From assembly GCA_002705205.1 (NCBI GenBank), contig PAHP01000005.1, positions 3,757-67,756 on the forward strand: a stretch of DNA of 64,000 bases. Reading direction: 5' to 3'. Origin of the DNA: Flavobacteriales bacterium. GTDB lineage: Bacteria > Bacteroidota > Bacteroidia > Flavobacteriales > BACL11. A program made the translations under genes and the position numbers. Shown in pieces: positions 10,041-21,317 of the stretch (its first letter is position 1; the number at the start of each line of letters is the position of its first letter). The notes under the pieces were generated by a model. It was not told the DNA's origin. It did not search any database and saw only the letters and a program-made list of their open reading frames with translations.

Positions 10041-11459
10041 ATGAAGACTCTGATCAAAAAGAAAATAACAATCTCTGATAAAGATAATTTAATCCTTTTA
10101 TGTGATAAAAAAAGTAAATTATCTGACTTTAATCTATCTAAACAAGAATTAGAATACATTAAAAAAGAGCAAAAAGACAACAAAGAAATTATTGCTATTA
10201 ATCAATATAGTAGACACATTTTTATAATTCTTCCCAAGAAAGAAAAAGACCCCAATAAACATGCAGAAAATTGCAGATTAATTGGAGATATTTTAGCGGG
10301 GAAACTAAAGGATATGAAATCATCTTTAATTATTGATGTAAAAGAAAATCAAACTGAAGCTATGCAAATTGCTGAGGGAATGGCACTATCAAATTATACT
10401 TTTATAAAACACAAAGCAGAAGGAAATGCTAACAAATTGGAGACAATTTATATGTGTAAGAATTCTAACAAGAAGAACTTAACTGAATTGCAAAATATTG
10501 TTGATGCGGTTTATTTAACCAGAGATCTAATTAATGAACCCTTCTCACATCTTACGGCAAAAGATTTAGCAACTGCTGCAATAAAATCAGGGAAGAAATA
10601 TGGTATTAAAACTACTGTCTTTAATAAAAAGAAAATTGAATCTTTAAAAATGGGGGGTCTATTAGCTGTCAATAAAGGAAGTATTGACGAGCCAACTTTC
10701 ACAATAATGGAATGGAACCCTAGCAAGGCAAAGAATAAAAATCCTATTGTTTTAGTTGGAAAAGGAATTGTATATGACACAGGAGGGTTAAGTTTAAAAC
10801 CAACTGCAAACTCTATGGATTTAATGAAAATTGACATGGGAGGAGCCGGCACTGTAATTGGCGCTATGCAAGCAATCGCATCTAATAATTTGCCATATCA
10901 CGTTATAGGGTTAGCTCCGGCTACAGATAATAGACCTTCAGGAAATGCTTATGCCCCTGGAGATGTAATTACAATGCATGACGGCACTACTGTTGAAGTA
11001 TTAAATACTGACGCTGAAGGTAGGCTTATCCTTGCTGACGCTCTTAGTTTTGCAAAAAAATATAACCCAGAGTTAGTAATTGATTTAGCAACGCTAACAG
11101 GAGCTGCTGTAGCTGCAATTGGACATTATGGCTTTGTAAGCATGCATGATGGCGCAATAAAAGATCATGCAAAACTTAAAGAAATAGGCGATAAAGTACA
11201 TGAAAGATTAGCTGAATTTCCTTTTTGGTCAGATTATGATGAGTTAATAAAATCTGATATTGCTGATATTAAAAATCTAGGAGGCCCTTATGGAGGGGCA
11301 ATCACTGCAGGTAAATTTTTAGCTCATTTTGCGGACTATCCATTTATTCATATTGATTTACCAGGAGTATACTCAAAATCAAAATATGGATACAGAGGGA
11401 AAGGAGCTACAGGGATGGGAGTTAGATTATTATACCAATTCATTAAAAATAAAGTATAA
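10041..11459 (+). CDS. pepA: Leucyl aminopeptidase (M17)
   Basis: GKGIVYDTGG, MKIDMGGAG, NTDAEGRL; ATG at 10041 preferred because the longer ORF overlaps mqnC. Confidence 0.93.
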   Translation: MKTLIKKKITISDKDNLILLCDKKSKLSDFNLSKQELEYIKKEQKDNKEIIAINQYSRHIFIILPKKEKDPNKHAENCRLIGDILAGKLKDMKSSLIIDVKENQTEAMQIAEGMALSNYTFIKHKAEGNANKLETIYMCKNSNKKNLTELQNIVDAVYLTRDLINEPFSHLTAKDLATAAIKSGKKYGIKTTVFNKKKIESLKMGGLLAVNKGSIDEPTFTIMEWNPSKAKNKNPIVLVGKGIVYDTGGLSLKPTANSMDLMKIDMGGAGTVIGAMQAIASNNLPYHVIGLAPATDNRPSGNAYAPGDVITMHDGTTVEVLNTDAEGRLILADALSFAKKYNPELVIDLATLTGAAVAAIGHYGFVSMHDGAIKDHAKLKEIGDKVHERLAEFPFWSDYDELIKSDIADIKNLGGPYGGAITAGKFLAHFADYPFIHIDLPGVYSKSKYGYRGKGATGMGVRLLYQFIKNKV

Positions 11460-12484
11460 TGTCAAAAATTAAGGTTGGTATTTCAATAGGAGATTTAAAC
11501 GGGATTGGTTTAGAAATCATTATTAAAACTTTTAAAGATAGCAGAATGATGGAGTTCTGTACTCCAATAGTATTTGGGGGAACAAAAGTAGCTTCTAAGC
11601 ATAGAAAAGCAATTGAGATGCAAGATTTTAATTTTAATATTATTCAAAGTGTAGAAGATGCGAATCCTAAAAAAGCAAATATGATAAATCTTTGGGATGA
11701 TGATATTGAGATAAAATTTGGAGAAGCAACTTCTAAATCAGGTGAATTAGCTTTTGCGTCTATGAAAGAAGCTTCAAATGCCTTAAAGAATAAAGATATT
11801 GATGTATTGGTGACAGCGCCTATAAATAAAGCATCTATTCAAGAGAGAGTAAGTACCTTTATTGGGCATACTGAATTTTTGTCAGGGAATTTTGAAGGAG
11901 AGGCTTTAATGATAATGGTAAGTGAAATCATGAAAATTGCTTTTGTTACTGGGCATGTGCCATTATCAGAAATAAAAAAATCAATAACTATTAACAATAT
12001 TATTAAAAAAAGCCGTCAACTAAATACCTCCTTAATAGAAGATTTTGGTGTCAGAAAACCAAAAATTGCTATTCTTGGATTAAATCCGCATGCAGGAGAA
12101 GAAGGATTATTAGGGAATGAAGAAAATGAAAGTATTATTCCTGCAATTAAGAAATTAAAAGAAAGCGGAGTGCTAGCATTTGGACCCTACCCTGCAGACA
12201 GTTTCTTTACGAATAAGAATCTTCAGAAATTTGATGGAATTTTATCAATGTATCACGATCAAGGCCTAACTGCTTTTAAAACATTATCTTTTTCTGATGG
12301 TATAAATTATACCGCAGGACTAAAAATTATAAGAACATCCCCTGTACATGGAACCGCTTACGAAATTGCTGGAAAAGGCATTGCTAATGAACAATCTTTT
12401 AGGGAAGCTGTTTTCTTAGCTTGTAATATTCATAAAAAAAGAAAAGAATATATTGAGCTAAATACTAATCCTCTATCTATATAA
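11459..12484 (+). CDS. pdxA: 4-hydroxythreonine-4-phosphate dehydrogenase
   Basis: GDLNGIGLE, VTAPINK, GHTEF, GLNPHAGE, MYHDQG, RTSPVHGTAY. Confidence 0.95.
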   Translation: MSKIKVGISIGDLNGIGLEIIIKTFKDSRMMEFCTPIVFGGTKVASKHRKAIEMQDFNFNIIQSVEDANPKKANMINLWDDDIEIKFGEATSKSGELAFASMKEASNALKNKDIDVLVTAPINKASIQERVSTFIGHTEFLSGNFEGEALMIMVSEIMKIAFVTGHVPLSEIKKSITINNIIKKSRQLNTSLIEDFGVRKPKIAILGLNPHAGEEGLLGNEENESIIPAIKKLKESGVLAFGPYPADSFFTNKNLQKFDGILSMYHDQGLTAFKTLSFSDGINYTAGLKIIRTSPVHGTAYEIAGKGIANEQSFREAVFLACNIHKKRKEYIELNTNPLSI

Positions 12485-12525
12485 GCAACATATAGATGCT
12501 AAGTCTTTAGGTATAAATAAATTTG

Positions 12526-12533
12526 TATCTTTG
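12526..12533 (+). promoter_or_regulatory. Bacteroidota sigma-A -7 element (TATCTTTG) upstream of yceD-rpmF-plsX-fabH
   Basis: Matches TAnnTTTG consensus 21 nt before the ATG. Confidence 0.7.
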
Positions 12534-12554
12534 CGCGCCTTTTAATTCAAGAGC

Positions 12555-13073
12555 ATGAGTGATTTTAAGATTAATCTAGGAGCGATTACTAATGGAAGCA
12601 GTCTATTCTCATTTGAAATAAAGGATACGTTCTTTGAAGCTTATACATTTTCGGAAGTACGCAATGCAGATATTACTGCAACTGCTTTGCTAGAGAAAAA
12701 TAGTAAAAAATTAGAGCTTAACTTAAGTATTGATGGCCAAATACATAAATTACTTTGTGATATATGTGCTGAGGAGTTATCAATAGATATTTCAGCTGAG
12801 ACCAAAGTAATTATTCAAAAAACCAATGATGATTTAATCTCTACAGATGAAATATTTTATGTAAAAATAAATGAGAACTCTATTGATTTAAAACAACTAA
12901 TTTTCGAATTAATTGTCCTAAATATTCCAAAAAAAAGACAGCATACTTTAAATAATAAAAGAAATAGTATATGCAATAAAGAAATGATCAATTTAGTAAA
13001 CAAGTACACTAAGAAAAAAGAAAATACATCTGACGATATGTGGGATGCATTAAAAGATTTAAATTTAAAATAG
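12555..13073 (+). CDS. DUF177/YceD family protein
   Basis: CDIC motif, ELIVLNIP, C-terminal WDALKDL; located directly upstream of rpmF. Confidence 0.88.
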   Translation: MSDFKINLGAITNGSSLFSFEIKDTFFEAYTFSEVRNADITATALLEKNSKKLELNLSIDGQIHKLLCDICAEELSIDISAETKVIIQKTNDDLISTDEIFYVKINENSIDLKQLIFELIVLNIPKKRQHTLNNKRNSICNKEMINLVNKYTKKKENTSDDMWDALKDLNLK

Positions 13074-13086
13074 TAAACAAAACAGA

Positions 13087-13275
13087 ATGGCACATCCAAA
13101 AAGAAAAATCTCTAAAACTAGAAGAGACAAGAGAAGAACTCACTATAAAGCGAGTACGCAGACAATTAAAATCTGTCAAGAAACTGGAGAATCTCATTTA
13201 TATCATCATGCTCATGAGCATGAAGGGAAACTCTACTATAGAGGGAAATTAGTTTCTTCGAATGCCCCTAAATAG
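13087..13275 (+). CDS. rpmF: 50S ribosomal protein L32
   Basis: [25 protein letters not shown]. Confidence 0.97.
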   Translation: MAHPKRKISKTRRDKRRTHYKASTQTIKICQETGESHLYHHAHEHEGKLYYRGKLVSSNAPK

Positions 13276-13315
13276 ATTTTTGTAGCTTTACACCTATTAA
13301 AGCTTCAGCCTATTT

Positions 13316-14254
13316 ATGAGAATCGGTATAGATATTATGGGAGGAGATTATGCTCCTAAGAAAACAATTCATGGAGCAATTCTTGCCTTAAAGGAAACCC
13401 CAAAAGATGTCAAAATAGTTCTGTTTGGGGAAAAGACTGAAATTCTTAACGAACTAAAAAAACATAATTGCAGCCCAAATAATTTTGAGATAATTGATTG
13501 TTCTCAGGTTATTACTATGGAAGAAAATCCAACAAAAGCATTTAGATCTAAAGCTGACTCATCAATTGCTAAAGGTTTTATAGCATTATCAGAAGGGAAA
13601 ATTGATGGCTTTGCTTCAGCAGGAAATACAGGCGCTATGTTTGTTGGTGGATTCTACTCAGTAAAAGCTATTGCAGGCATTATACGGCCTGCAATTTCTA
13701 CTTTAATGCCTAGAGAGGATGGAGGTGTAACAGTGTTGCTTGATGTTGGAGCAAATGCAGACTGCAAACCTGATATTTTATATCAATTTGGTATTTTAGG
13801 GTCATTATTTTCGGAACATATTTGTAACGTCAAAAAACCAAAAGTTGGCTTATTAAACCTTGGGAAAGAGAAATCCAAAGGCAATATGCTTACTCAAGCA
13901 GCTTATTCTATGATGTTAAATAATCCAGACTATAACTTTGTCGGAAATATCGAAGGAACAGATATATTTGACTCCGACATAGATGTAATCGTTTGTGATG
14001 GATTTACAGGTAATATTGTTCTGAAGGAGGCTGAAGGTATTTTTAAACTAATGAGCAAAAGAGGGCTCTTAGATGAGTATTTTAAGAGATTTAATTACGA
14101 AAATTATGGGGGAACTCCTATTCTAGGACTAAATAAGACTGTTATAATTGGGCATGGTATTTCTAATGAGATTGCAATAAAGAATATGATTATACTTACA
14201 AAGGAGATTGTAGAGACAGACTTAGCAAGTAAAATAAAAATGAATATTACATGA
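13316..14254 (+). CDS. plsX: Phosphate acyltransferase
   Basis: IDIMGGDYAP, SAGNTGA, LDVGANAD, VCDGFTGN, GHGIS. Confidence 0.96.
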   Translation: MRIGIDIMGGDYAPKKTIHGAILALKETPKDVKIVLFGEKTEILNELKKHNCSPNNFEIIDCSQVITMEENPTKAFRSKADSSIAKGFIALSEGKIDGFASAGNTGAMFVGGFYSVKAIAGIIRPAISTLMPREDGGVTVLLDVGANADCKPDILYQFGILGSLFSEHICNVKKPKVGLLNLGKEKSKGNMLTQAAYSMMLNNPDYNFVGNIEGTDIFDSDIDVIVCDGFTGNIVLKEAEGIFKLMSKRGLLDEYFKRFNYENYGGTPILGLNKTVIIGHGISNEIAIKNMIILTKEIVETDLASKIKMNIT

Positions 14255-15252
14255 AGAAAAATACAGCAGCAATAACTGGTGTTCAAGGATACGTCCCAGA
14301 TTATATTCTAACTAATCAAGAGTTAGAAACAATGGTTGACACAAATGATGAGTGGATTACCAGTAGAACTGGTATTAAGGAGAGACGTATTTTAAAAGCT
14401 GAAGGCAAAGCAACTTCTGACATGGCAGCTGAGGCTGTTAGAGGTCTGTTAGAAAAAACAAACACAAATGCTGATGAAATTGATTTAATTATTTGCGCTA
14501 CAAGTACTCCTGACATGATGGTAGCTTCAACAGCTTGTATTGTGGGCGATAAAGTGGGGGCAAAGAATGCATTTGGATATGATTTAATGGCGGCATGCTC
14601 AGGTTTTTTATACGCTCTATCAACTGGATCAAAATTTATTGAGACTGGTACTTATAAAAAAATTATAATAATAGGCGTTGATATGATGTCTTCAATAATT
14701 GACTATACCGATAGATCTACTTGTATTATATTTGGAGATGGAGCTGGAGCTGTAATGTTAGAGCCCGACACAGAAGGTTATGGAGTGCAAGATGCAATAT
14801 TAAAAAGTGATGGGTCTGGAAGAGAATATTTACACATAAAAGCAGGGGGATCGTTAAGTCCTTCAACTCATAAAACAGTAGATGCTAGAGAGCATTATGT
14901 TTTTCAAGACGGTCAGCCAGTATTTAAAGCTGCTGTAAAGAATATGGCTGATGTTTCTGCTGAAATAATGGAAAGAAACTGTTTGACATCTGATGATGTT
15001 TCTTGGTTAGTCCCTCATCAAGCAAATAAAAGAATTATTAATGCTACAGCAAAAAGAATGGGGCTTGGCGAAGAAAGAGTTATGTTAAATATCCAAAAAT
15101 ACGGCAACACAACAGCTGGGACAATCCCATTATGCCTATGGGATTACGAGAATCAACTTAATAAAGGAGACAATATTATACTTGCTGCATTTGGAGGAGG
15201 ATTTACTTGGGGGTCAATTTATTTAAAATGGGCTTACAACTCAAAGAAATAA
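14251..15252 (+). CDS. fabH: Beta-ketoacyl-ACP synthase III
   Basis: AACSGF, FGDGAGA, PHQANKRI, GNT, AFGGGFTWG. Confidence 0.97.
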   Translation: MKKNTAAITGVQGYVPDYILTNQELETMVDTNDEWITSRTGIKERRILKAEGKATSDMAAEAVRGLLEKTNTNADEIDLIICATSTPDMMVASTACIVGDKVGAKNAFGYDLMAACSGFLYALSTGSKFIETGTYKKIIIIGVDMMSSIIDYTDRSTCIIFGDGAGAVMLEPDTEGYGVQDAILKSDGSGREYLHIKAGGSLSPSTHKTVDAREHYVFQDGQPVFKAAVKNMADVSAEIMERNCLTSDDVSWLVPHQANKRIINATAKRMGLGEERVMLNIQKYGNTTAGTIPLCLWDYENQLNKGDNIILAAFGGGFTWGSIYLKWAYNSKK

Positions 15253-15253
15253 C

Positions 15254-15261
15254 TATTTTTG
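15254..15261 (+). promoter_or_regulatory. Probable internal -7 promoter (TATTTTTG) for accBC
   Basis: TAnnTTTG match just after the fabH stop. Confidence 0.55.
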
Positions 15262-15284
15262 CATCATAAATAAAACGTAACTAC

Positions 15285-15800
15285 ATGAATCTAAAAGACA
15301 TTCAAGAATTAATAAAGTTTGTTGCTAAATCAGGTGCAACAGAAGTAGATCTAGAAATTGATAATGTAAAAATATCAATCAAATCACCACCTAAAAAAAG
15401 AAGAGGTGAAGTTGATGAGGTAACTACAATTATTCAACAACAGGCTCCTCCTCAGGTAGTAGCCACACCTACTCAGCCAATACCCCCCCCATTAGCGCCA
15501 GAAACAGAAAATTCTGTCGTAAATACTAATTCAGATAACTCGTCAACTGATGAAGAAAACTATATTACAATTAAAGCATCAATGATTGGGACATTTTATC
15601 GTTCATCATCTCCTGAAAAACCTCCATTTATCAATGTTGGAGATACAATAAAGGAAGGGGACACGCTTTGCATTATTGAAGCAATGAAATTATTCAATGA
15701 AATTGAGTCAGAATTTTCAGGAAAAATAATAAAAGTATTGGTAGATGATTCAACTCCTATTGAGTTTGACCAACCATTATTCTTAATAGATCCTTCATAA
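15285..15800 (+). CDS. accB: Acetyl-CoA carboxylase biotin carboxyl carrier protein
   Basis: IIEAMKLFNEI biotinylation motif; Pro/Ala-rich linker. Confidence 0.97.
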   Translation: MNLKDIQELIKFVAKSGATEVDLEIDNVKISIKSPPKKRRGEVDEVTTIIQQQAPPQVVATPTQPIPPPLAPETENSVVNTNSDNSSTDEENYITIKASMIGTFYRSSSPEKPPFINVGDTIKEGDTLCIIEAMKLFNEIESEFSGKIIKVLVDDSTPIEFDQPLFLIDPS

Positions 15801-15821
15801 TTTCAAAATTTATTACTTACT

Positions 15822-17159
15822 ATGTTTAAGAAAATTTTAATTGCAAATAGAGGCGAAATTGCTCTAAGGATTATTCGTACTTGTAAAGAAATGGGGATAA
15901 AGACAGTCGCTGTCTACTCAAAAGCTGATGCCGATAGTTTACATGTAAGATTTGCTGATGAAGCAGTTTGTATTGGGCCTGCTGAAAGTTCAGAATCTTA
16001 CCTTAAGATTCCTAATATTATTGCTGCTGCAGAAATTACAAATGCTGACGCAATACATCCTGGATACGGGTTTCTTGCTGAAAATGCACACTTCTCAAAA
16101 ATCTGTAGTGAAAATGATATTAAATTTATTGGAGCCTCACCAAAAATGATTGACAGAATGGGGGATAAAGCTGCTGCAAAAAAAACAATGCAAAAAGCAG
16201 GCGTCCCTACAATACCTGGTTCTGATGGGTTAATAAAAGACTTTAAAGAATGTAAAAAACTGGCTGCAGATTTAGTTGGATATCCAGTAATGCTTAAAGC
16301 AACAGCGGGAGGTGGCGGTAAAGGTATGCGTTTAGTTTGGGAGGAAAGTAACCTTGAAGAGGCATGGAATAGTGCAAGACAAGAAGCTAAAGCAGCTTTT
16401 GGAAATGATGGAATGTATATGGAAAAGTTTATTCAGGATCCTAGGCATATTGAAATTCAGATAATTGGAGATTGCAACGGGAAAGCTGCCCATTTATCAG
16501 AAAGGGATTGCTCTATACAAAGAAGGCATCAAAAATTAGCTGAAGAAACTCCCTCTCCGTTTATGACTAAAAAATTAAGAAAAGAAATGGGAGAGGCTGC
16601 TATTTTAGCAGCAGAGGCTGTTAAGTACGAGGGTGTTGGTACAGTTGAATTCCTTGTTGATAAAAACAGAGATTTCTACTTTATGGAGATGAATACACGT
16701 ATTCAAGTTGAACATCCAATCACTGAAGAAGTAGTAGATTATGATTTGATCCGTGAGCAAATAAAAGTAGCGGCGGGCGTTAAAATATCAGGGAAAAATT
16801 ATACCCCCCAATTGCATGCTATTGAATGCAGAATAAATGCAGAAGATCCTGAGAAGGATTTTAGGCCTTGTCCTGGTATGATTACTAATTTTCATGCTCC
16901 AGGAGGCCATGGGATAAGAATAGACACCCATGTTTATGCAAACTACATGATTCCTCCATTTTATGACTCAATGATTGCTAAAGTAATTACTGTTGCCCAG
17001 ACAAGAGAAGAAGCCATTGGAAAAATGGAAAGAGCATTAGATGAATTTATTATCGAAGGGATCAAAACAACCATCCCATTTCATCAAAAGCTTATGAAAA
17101 ATGAAGATTTCCGAAAAGGAAATTATACAACTAAATTCATGGAAACATTTGAAATGTAA
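15822..17159 (+). CDS. accC: Acetyl-CoA carboxylase biotin carboxylase subunit
   Basis: [34 protein letters not shown]. Confidence 0.97.
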   Translation: MFKKILIANRGEIALRIIRTCKEMGIKTVAVYSKADADSLHVRFADEAVCIGPAESSESYLKIPNIIAAAEITNADAIHPGYGFLAENAHFSKICSENDIKFIGASPKMIDRMGDKAAAKKTMQKAGVPTIPGSDGLIKDFKECKKLAADLVGYPVMLKATAGGGGKGMRLVWEESNLEEAWNSARQEAKAAFGNDGMYMEKFIQDPRHIEIQIIGDCNGKAAHLSERDCSIQRRHQKLAEETPSPFMTKKLRKEMGEAAILAAEAVKYEGVGTVEFLVDKNRDFYFMEMNTRIQVEHPITEEVVDYDLIREQIKVAAGVKISGKNYTPQLHAIECRINAEDPEKDFRPCPGMITNFHAPGGHGIRIDTHVYANYMIPPFYDSMIAKVITVAQTREEAIGKMERALDEFIIEGIKTTIPFHQKLMKNEDFRKGNYTTKFMETFEM

Positions 17160-17160
17160 A

Positions 17161-17204
17161 ATAAAAGAGGGCGCTTAAAGCGATGCTTTTATTAGCTCTT
17201 TTTT
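17161..17204 (+). terminator. Possible imperfect intrinsic terminator after accC
   Basis: ATAAAAG..CGCT-TAA-AGCG..CTTTTAT imperfect stem followed by a T-tract. Confidence 0.35.
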
Positions 17205-17217
17205 ATACATTTAACGC

Positions 17218-17907
17218 ATGAACAACTTGCTTATAGAATGTTGTGCAAATAGTGTGCAATCTGCAATAAATGGAGCCCAAGGAGGTGCAAACAGAATTGA
17301 GCTTTGTTGCAGCTTACCCTCTGGAGGTCTGACTCCAAAATATGAAGAAATTATTAAAGCAAAAGAAAACTTAACTGTCCCTCTACATATTTTAATCAGG
17401 CCAAGAAAAGGAGATTTCATATATACTCACACTGAATTTAACGAAATGCTGCATGATATTGCTTTTTGTAAAGATGTAGGTTGTTCAGGGGTCGTAATTG
17501 GCTGTCTAAATATAGACAAATCTATAAATAAAAAACAAACAAAAGTATTAGTAGATTCTGCAAGACCGATGCATGTTACTTTTCATAGAGCATTTGATGA
17601 GGGGAATAATTTAGAACAAAATTTAGAAGATGTAATCCAATGTGGCTGTGACACTATATTAACAGCTGGGCAGCATGACACTGTAAATAACGGGATTACT
17701 AATCTGAAAAAACTTGTGTCTCTAGCAAACAATCGTATCAAAATTTTGGCAGGTAGTGGTTTGAATTCCACCAATATAAAGTCCCTTTATGAAATTGGCA
17801 TTCGAAATTTTCATCTTTCAGGTAGTGTAAAAAATCAAAAAAAGGAACTTGTAACTGACTCTCTACTTATTAAAGCAGTAATTGATAAACTAAAAGAAAT
17901 TGTATAA
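17218..17907 (+). CDS. cutC: CutC family TIM-barrel protein
   Basis: GANRIELC..GGLTP, LIRPRKGDF, TFHRAFD, ILTAG. Confidence 0.93.
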   Translation: MNNLLIECCANSVQSAINGAQGGANRIELCCSLPSGGLTPKYEEIIKAKENLTVPLHILIRPRKGDFIYTHTEFNEMLHDIAFCKDVGCSGVVIGCLNIDKSINKKQTKVLVDSARPMHVTFHRAFDEGNNLEQNLEDVIQCGCDTILTAGQHDTVNNGITNLKKLVSLANNRIKILAGSGLNSTNIKSLYEIGIRNFHLSGSVKNQKKELVTDSLLIKAVIDKLKEIV

Positions 17908-20332
17908 ATACTTACTTCTAATATTTCTAGCTCTTGCTTCTTGCAAAAGACAAGAGCCAGGTGTCTTATCTAAAGAATTAACTGATTGGGAATTTGAGTA
18001 TGAAGGAGAATGGCATGCAGCAAAAGTACCCGGGAATAATTTCTCTGACTTATTAAATCATAGTTTTATTAAAGATCCTTTTTATGGAACTAATGAAGAC
18101 TCAGTACAGTGGATATCTGAGAATGATTGGCAATATCGCTCAAATTTTATCTTATCTGAAAATATACTAAAAAAAACTAACCATCTTTTATGCTTTGAAG
18201 GAATAGACACTTATGCAAAGATATACTTGAATGATTCCTTACTATTATACGCTGATAATATGTTCAGGAAGTGGGAGATAAATCTAAACCAACTCTTAAA
18301 GAAAGAAAATACACTATTAGTTAAATTTGATCCCGTTTCAAAAATTGAACAACAAAAACAAAAAATGTTAGGCTATAGCCTGCCTGGGGGAGACAGGGTG
18401 TTCACAAGAAAATCTGGATTTCATTACGGCTGGGATTGGGGAGCAAAGATATTGCCAACAGGAATCTGGCGGAAAGTTCAACTTAAAAGTTGGGATGATT
18501 GTAAAATAAAAGATCTGCATGTATTACAAGATCTTTTAACTGACTCTGTTGCAAGTTTAATCGTTAAGGTTGAAATTGAATCTTCAATAAAAAAATCAAT
18601 TACTCTTAAAACTTATAATAACTTCTCGGAAAATTTTAAACTAAAAAAAGGTAATAACAAATTATCCCTTCGCATTGACATCCCAAATCCTGAATTATGG
18701 TGGCCAAATGGCTATGGAAAGCAAAAACTATATAATATCTCTGTTTCCATATCTGATAAAAATGGGGTAATTGACAGCCAGAAAAAAAAGATTGGCTTAC
18801 GAAAAATAGAATTAATTACTACGAAAGATTTAATAGGAGAAAATTTTTATTTCAAAGTAAATAATAAACCTATTTTCATGAAAGGTGCAAATTATATTCC
18901 TCAAGATAATCTACAAAATAGAGTAGTAAACAAGAAATATTATAACCTGCTTAATGATATAACAGCTGCAAACATGAACATGCTAAGAGTTTGGGGTGGA
19001 GGTATCTATGAAGAAGATATTTTTTATGATTTATGTGATTCCCTTGGAATCTTAGTCTGGCAAGATTTTATGTTTGCGTGCGCCATGTATCCTTTTGATT
19101 CATTATTCCTGAAAAACATCGAGCAAGAGGCAATTGATAATGTCAAAAGATTACGTCATCATGCATCAATTGCTCTTTGGTGTGGAAATAATGAGAGTTC
19201 TGAAGGATGGCACAGATGGAATTGGCAAGATTCTTATACAGAAAAACAGAAATTAGAAATTTGGAATGGGTATCAAAAAGTATTTCAAAAAATACTACCG
19301 GCCATAGTATCTGAAAATTCTCAAACTAATTATTGGGAAAGCTCTCCTAAATTTGGAAGAGGAAATCCTAAGCATCAATTTGAAGGAGATGCTCATTATT
19401 GGGGAGTTTGGCATGATGCAGAGCCTTTTGAAAATCTAGAGAATAAAGTCCCAAGATTTATGAGTGAATTTGGCTTTCAGTCTTTTCCTGAAATATCAAC
19501 AATATCTACTTTCTCAGATTCTGGTGATTGGAGTTTAAGTTCTGATGTTATGAGAAGTCACCAAAAACATCCTAGAGGGAATGAGTTAATTACAGAATAT
19601 ATGCAAAGAGAATTCAATGTCCCAAAAGATTTTAAAAAGTTTATTTATGCAAGTCAAATTCTGCAAGCTGAAGGGATACGAATAGGGTTAGAAGCGCATA
19701 GGCGAAGCCAGCCTTACTGTATGGGGACACTGTATTGGCAATTAAACGATTGCTGGCCTGTAGCCTCTTGGAGCAGTATAGATTATTATGGTAATTGGAA
19801 AGCTCTTCACTACACCGTACAAGATGTTTTTAATCCAGTGTCTATCTCTTTAGAAAAAACTAAAAACAATAACTTTAACATATGGATCATCTCTGATACT
19901 GCAAATTTTATTGATACTTTGATTATTAATACTTATTGCTTAGAAGGAAGATTATTATCTTCCAGTAAGAAACTTATAAAAATTCAGGCTAAATCACAAT
20001 TAATTGATTCTATCCCTTTTTGTAAAGAAAATGAATTTATCATTTGTAAATTAAAACAAAGAAAAATAGAATCCCCCGTTGGGTTTACAAAAGCAATGAA
20101 GAATTATAATTTTCCAGCTCCAACTATTCAGTATCATTACAATGGAAATCAACTCAAAATCAGCACAGATATACCGGCTTTTCAAATTTATTTACATGAA
20201 TCAAAGGCAAAGTTTTCTGATAATTTTTTTACTATAATTCCTGGAGAAGAAAAAAGAATACAAGTTGAGACTGTAGGATTTAACCCAAATAATTTAGTAA
20301 TTTGGTCGCTATATGATTTAAATAAACATTAA
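17900..20332 (+). CDS. GH2 beta-mannosidase, lipoprotein
   Basis: Lipobox LASC; YGWDWG, KGANYIP, NMLRVWGGG, WCGNNE, RFMSEFGFQS, YWQLNDCWP. Confidence 0.92.
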   Translation: MYKYLLLIFLALASCKRQEPGVLSKELTDWEFEYEGEWHAAKVPGNNFSDLLNHSFIKDPFYGTNEDSVQWISENDWQYRSNFILSENILKKTNHLLCFEGIDTYAKIYLNDSLLLYADNMFRKWEINLNQLLKKENTLLVKFDPVSKIEQQKQKMLGYSLPGGDRVFTRKSGFHYGWDWGAKILPTGIWRKVQLKSWDDCKIKDLHVLQDLLTDSVASLIVKVEIESSIKKSITLKTYNNFSENFKLKKGNNKLSLRIDIPNPELWWPNGYGKQKLYNISVSISDKNGVIDSQKKKIGLRKIELITTKDLIGENFYFKVNNKPIFMKGANYIPQDNLQNRVVNKKYYNLLNDITAANMNMLRVWGGGIYEEDIFYDLCDSLGILVWQDFMFACAMYPFDSLFLKNIEQEAIDNVKRLRHHASIALWCGNNESSEGWHRWNWQDSYTEKQKLEIWNGYQKVFQKILPAIVSENSQTNYWESSPKFGRGNPKHQFEGDAHYWGVWHDAEPFENLENKVPRFMSEFGFQSFPEISTISTFSDSGDWSLSSDVMRSHQKHPRGNELITEYMQREFNVPKDFKKFIYASQILQAEGIRIGLEAHRRSQPYCMGTLYWQLNDCWPVASWSSIDYYGNWKALHYTVQDVFNPVSISLEKTKNNNFNIWIISDTANFIDTLIINTYCLEGRLLSSSKKLIKIQAKSQLIDSIPFCKENEFIICKLKQRKIESPVGFTKAMKNYNFPAPTIQYHYNGNQLKISTDIPAFQIYLHESKAKFSDNFFTIIPGEEKRIQVETVGFNPNNLVIWSLYDLNKH

Positions 20333-20336
20333 CCCT

Positions 20337-21317
20337 ATGTCTAACAGAAGAAGTTTTATAAAAGGAGGTGTTTTAGGAATGGTTGGAACAGCTATTTTAC
20401 CTAAACTACTTTCTCCTAAAATAGAGAAAAAAAACCCTAATTCTAATAAAGGGTTCCCAATGGTTATTTCTACTTGGGAACATGGAATGCCCGCTAATGT
20501 AGCTGCCATGGAGATACTAAAAGGCGGAGGAAAGGCAATTGATGCTGTAGAGGCTGGTGTGAAAATACCAGAAGCTGATCCGGAATCTATGTCTGTTGGA
20601 TTTGGAGGGCTACCAGATAGAGAGGGGAATGTCACACTTGACGCTTGTATTATGGATGAAACAGGCAATTGTGGTTCAGTAAGTTTCTTACAGCATATAA
20701 AACACCCAATCTCTGTTGCTAGAAAAGTTATGGATGAAACACCTCATGTAATGCTTTCTGGAGAAGGCGCATTACAATTTGCATTACAAAAAGGGTTCCC
20801 TAAAGAAGATTTACTTACTGAAAAAGCAAAAAAAAGATGGAAGGAATGGTTAAAAGAATCAAAATATGAGCCAATAATAAATGTAGAAAACCATGATACT
20901 ATTGGGCTATTGGCATTAGATAAAAGAGGAGACATTTCTGGGGCTTGCACTACATCTGGCCTTTCTTGGAAAATGCATGGAAGAGTTGGAGATTCTCCAG
21001 TGATTGGCGCAGGAATGTTTGTAGATAATGAAGTTGGTGGCTGCTGTGCTACTGGTGTTGGAGAAGCTGTTCTTAAAACTTTAGGTTCTTTTTTAATTGT
21101 TGAGCTAATGCGACAAGGCGCAAGTCCTCAAGAAGCATGTGAAGAAGGAATTGCTCGAATTGTAAAAAATCAAAATTATACGGATATGCAAATTGGCTAT
21201 TTGGCTATAAATAAAAAAGGTGAACATGGTGCTTATGCTGTACATCCTTGGTTTAATTATGCTTTACATCAAGGAGGTAAAAACCGTATGATTGATTCAT
21301 TATCTTATTTAAAATAA
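20337..21317 (+). CDS. N(4)-(beta-N-acetylglucosaminyl)-L-asparaginase (glycosylasparaginase), Tat-exported
   Basis: SNRRSFIK twin-arginine signal; autocleavage site HD/TIG; GRVGDSP; TGVGE. Confidence 0.93.
   Translation: MSNRRSFIKGGVLGMVGTAILPKLLSPKIEKKNPNSNKGFPMVISTWEHGMPANVAAMEILKGGGKAIDAVEAGVKIPEADPESMSVGFGGLPDREGNVTLDACIMDETGNCGSVSFLQHIKHPISVARKVMDETPHVMLSGEGALQFALQKGFPKEDLLTEKAKKRWKEWLKESKYEPIINVENHDTIGLLALDKRGDISGACTTSGLSWKMHGRVGDSPVIGAGMFVDNEVGGCCATGVGEAVLKTLGSFLIVELMRQGASPQEACEEGIARIVKNQNYTDMQIGYLAINKKGEHGAYAVHPWFNYALHQGGKNRMIDSLSYLK

Noticed and set aside
13087-13275. L32 lacking the four-Cys zinc ribbon
   Set aside because: The Cys-poor form is common in Flavobacteriales
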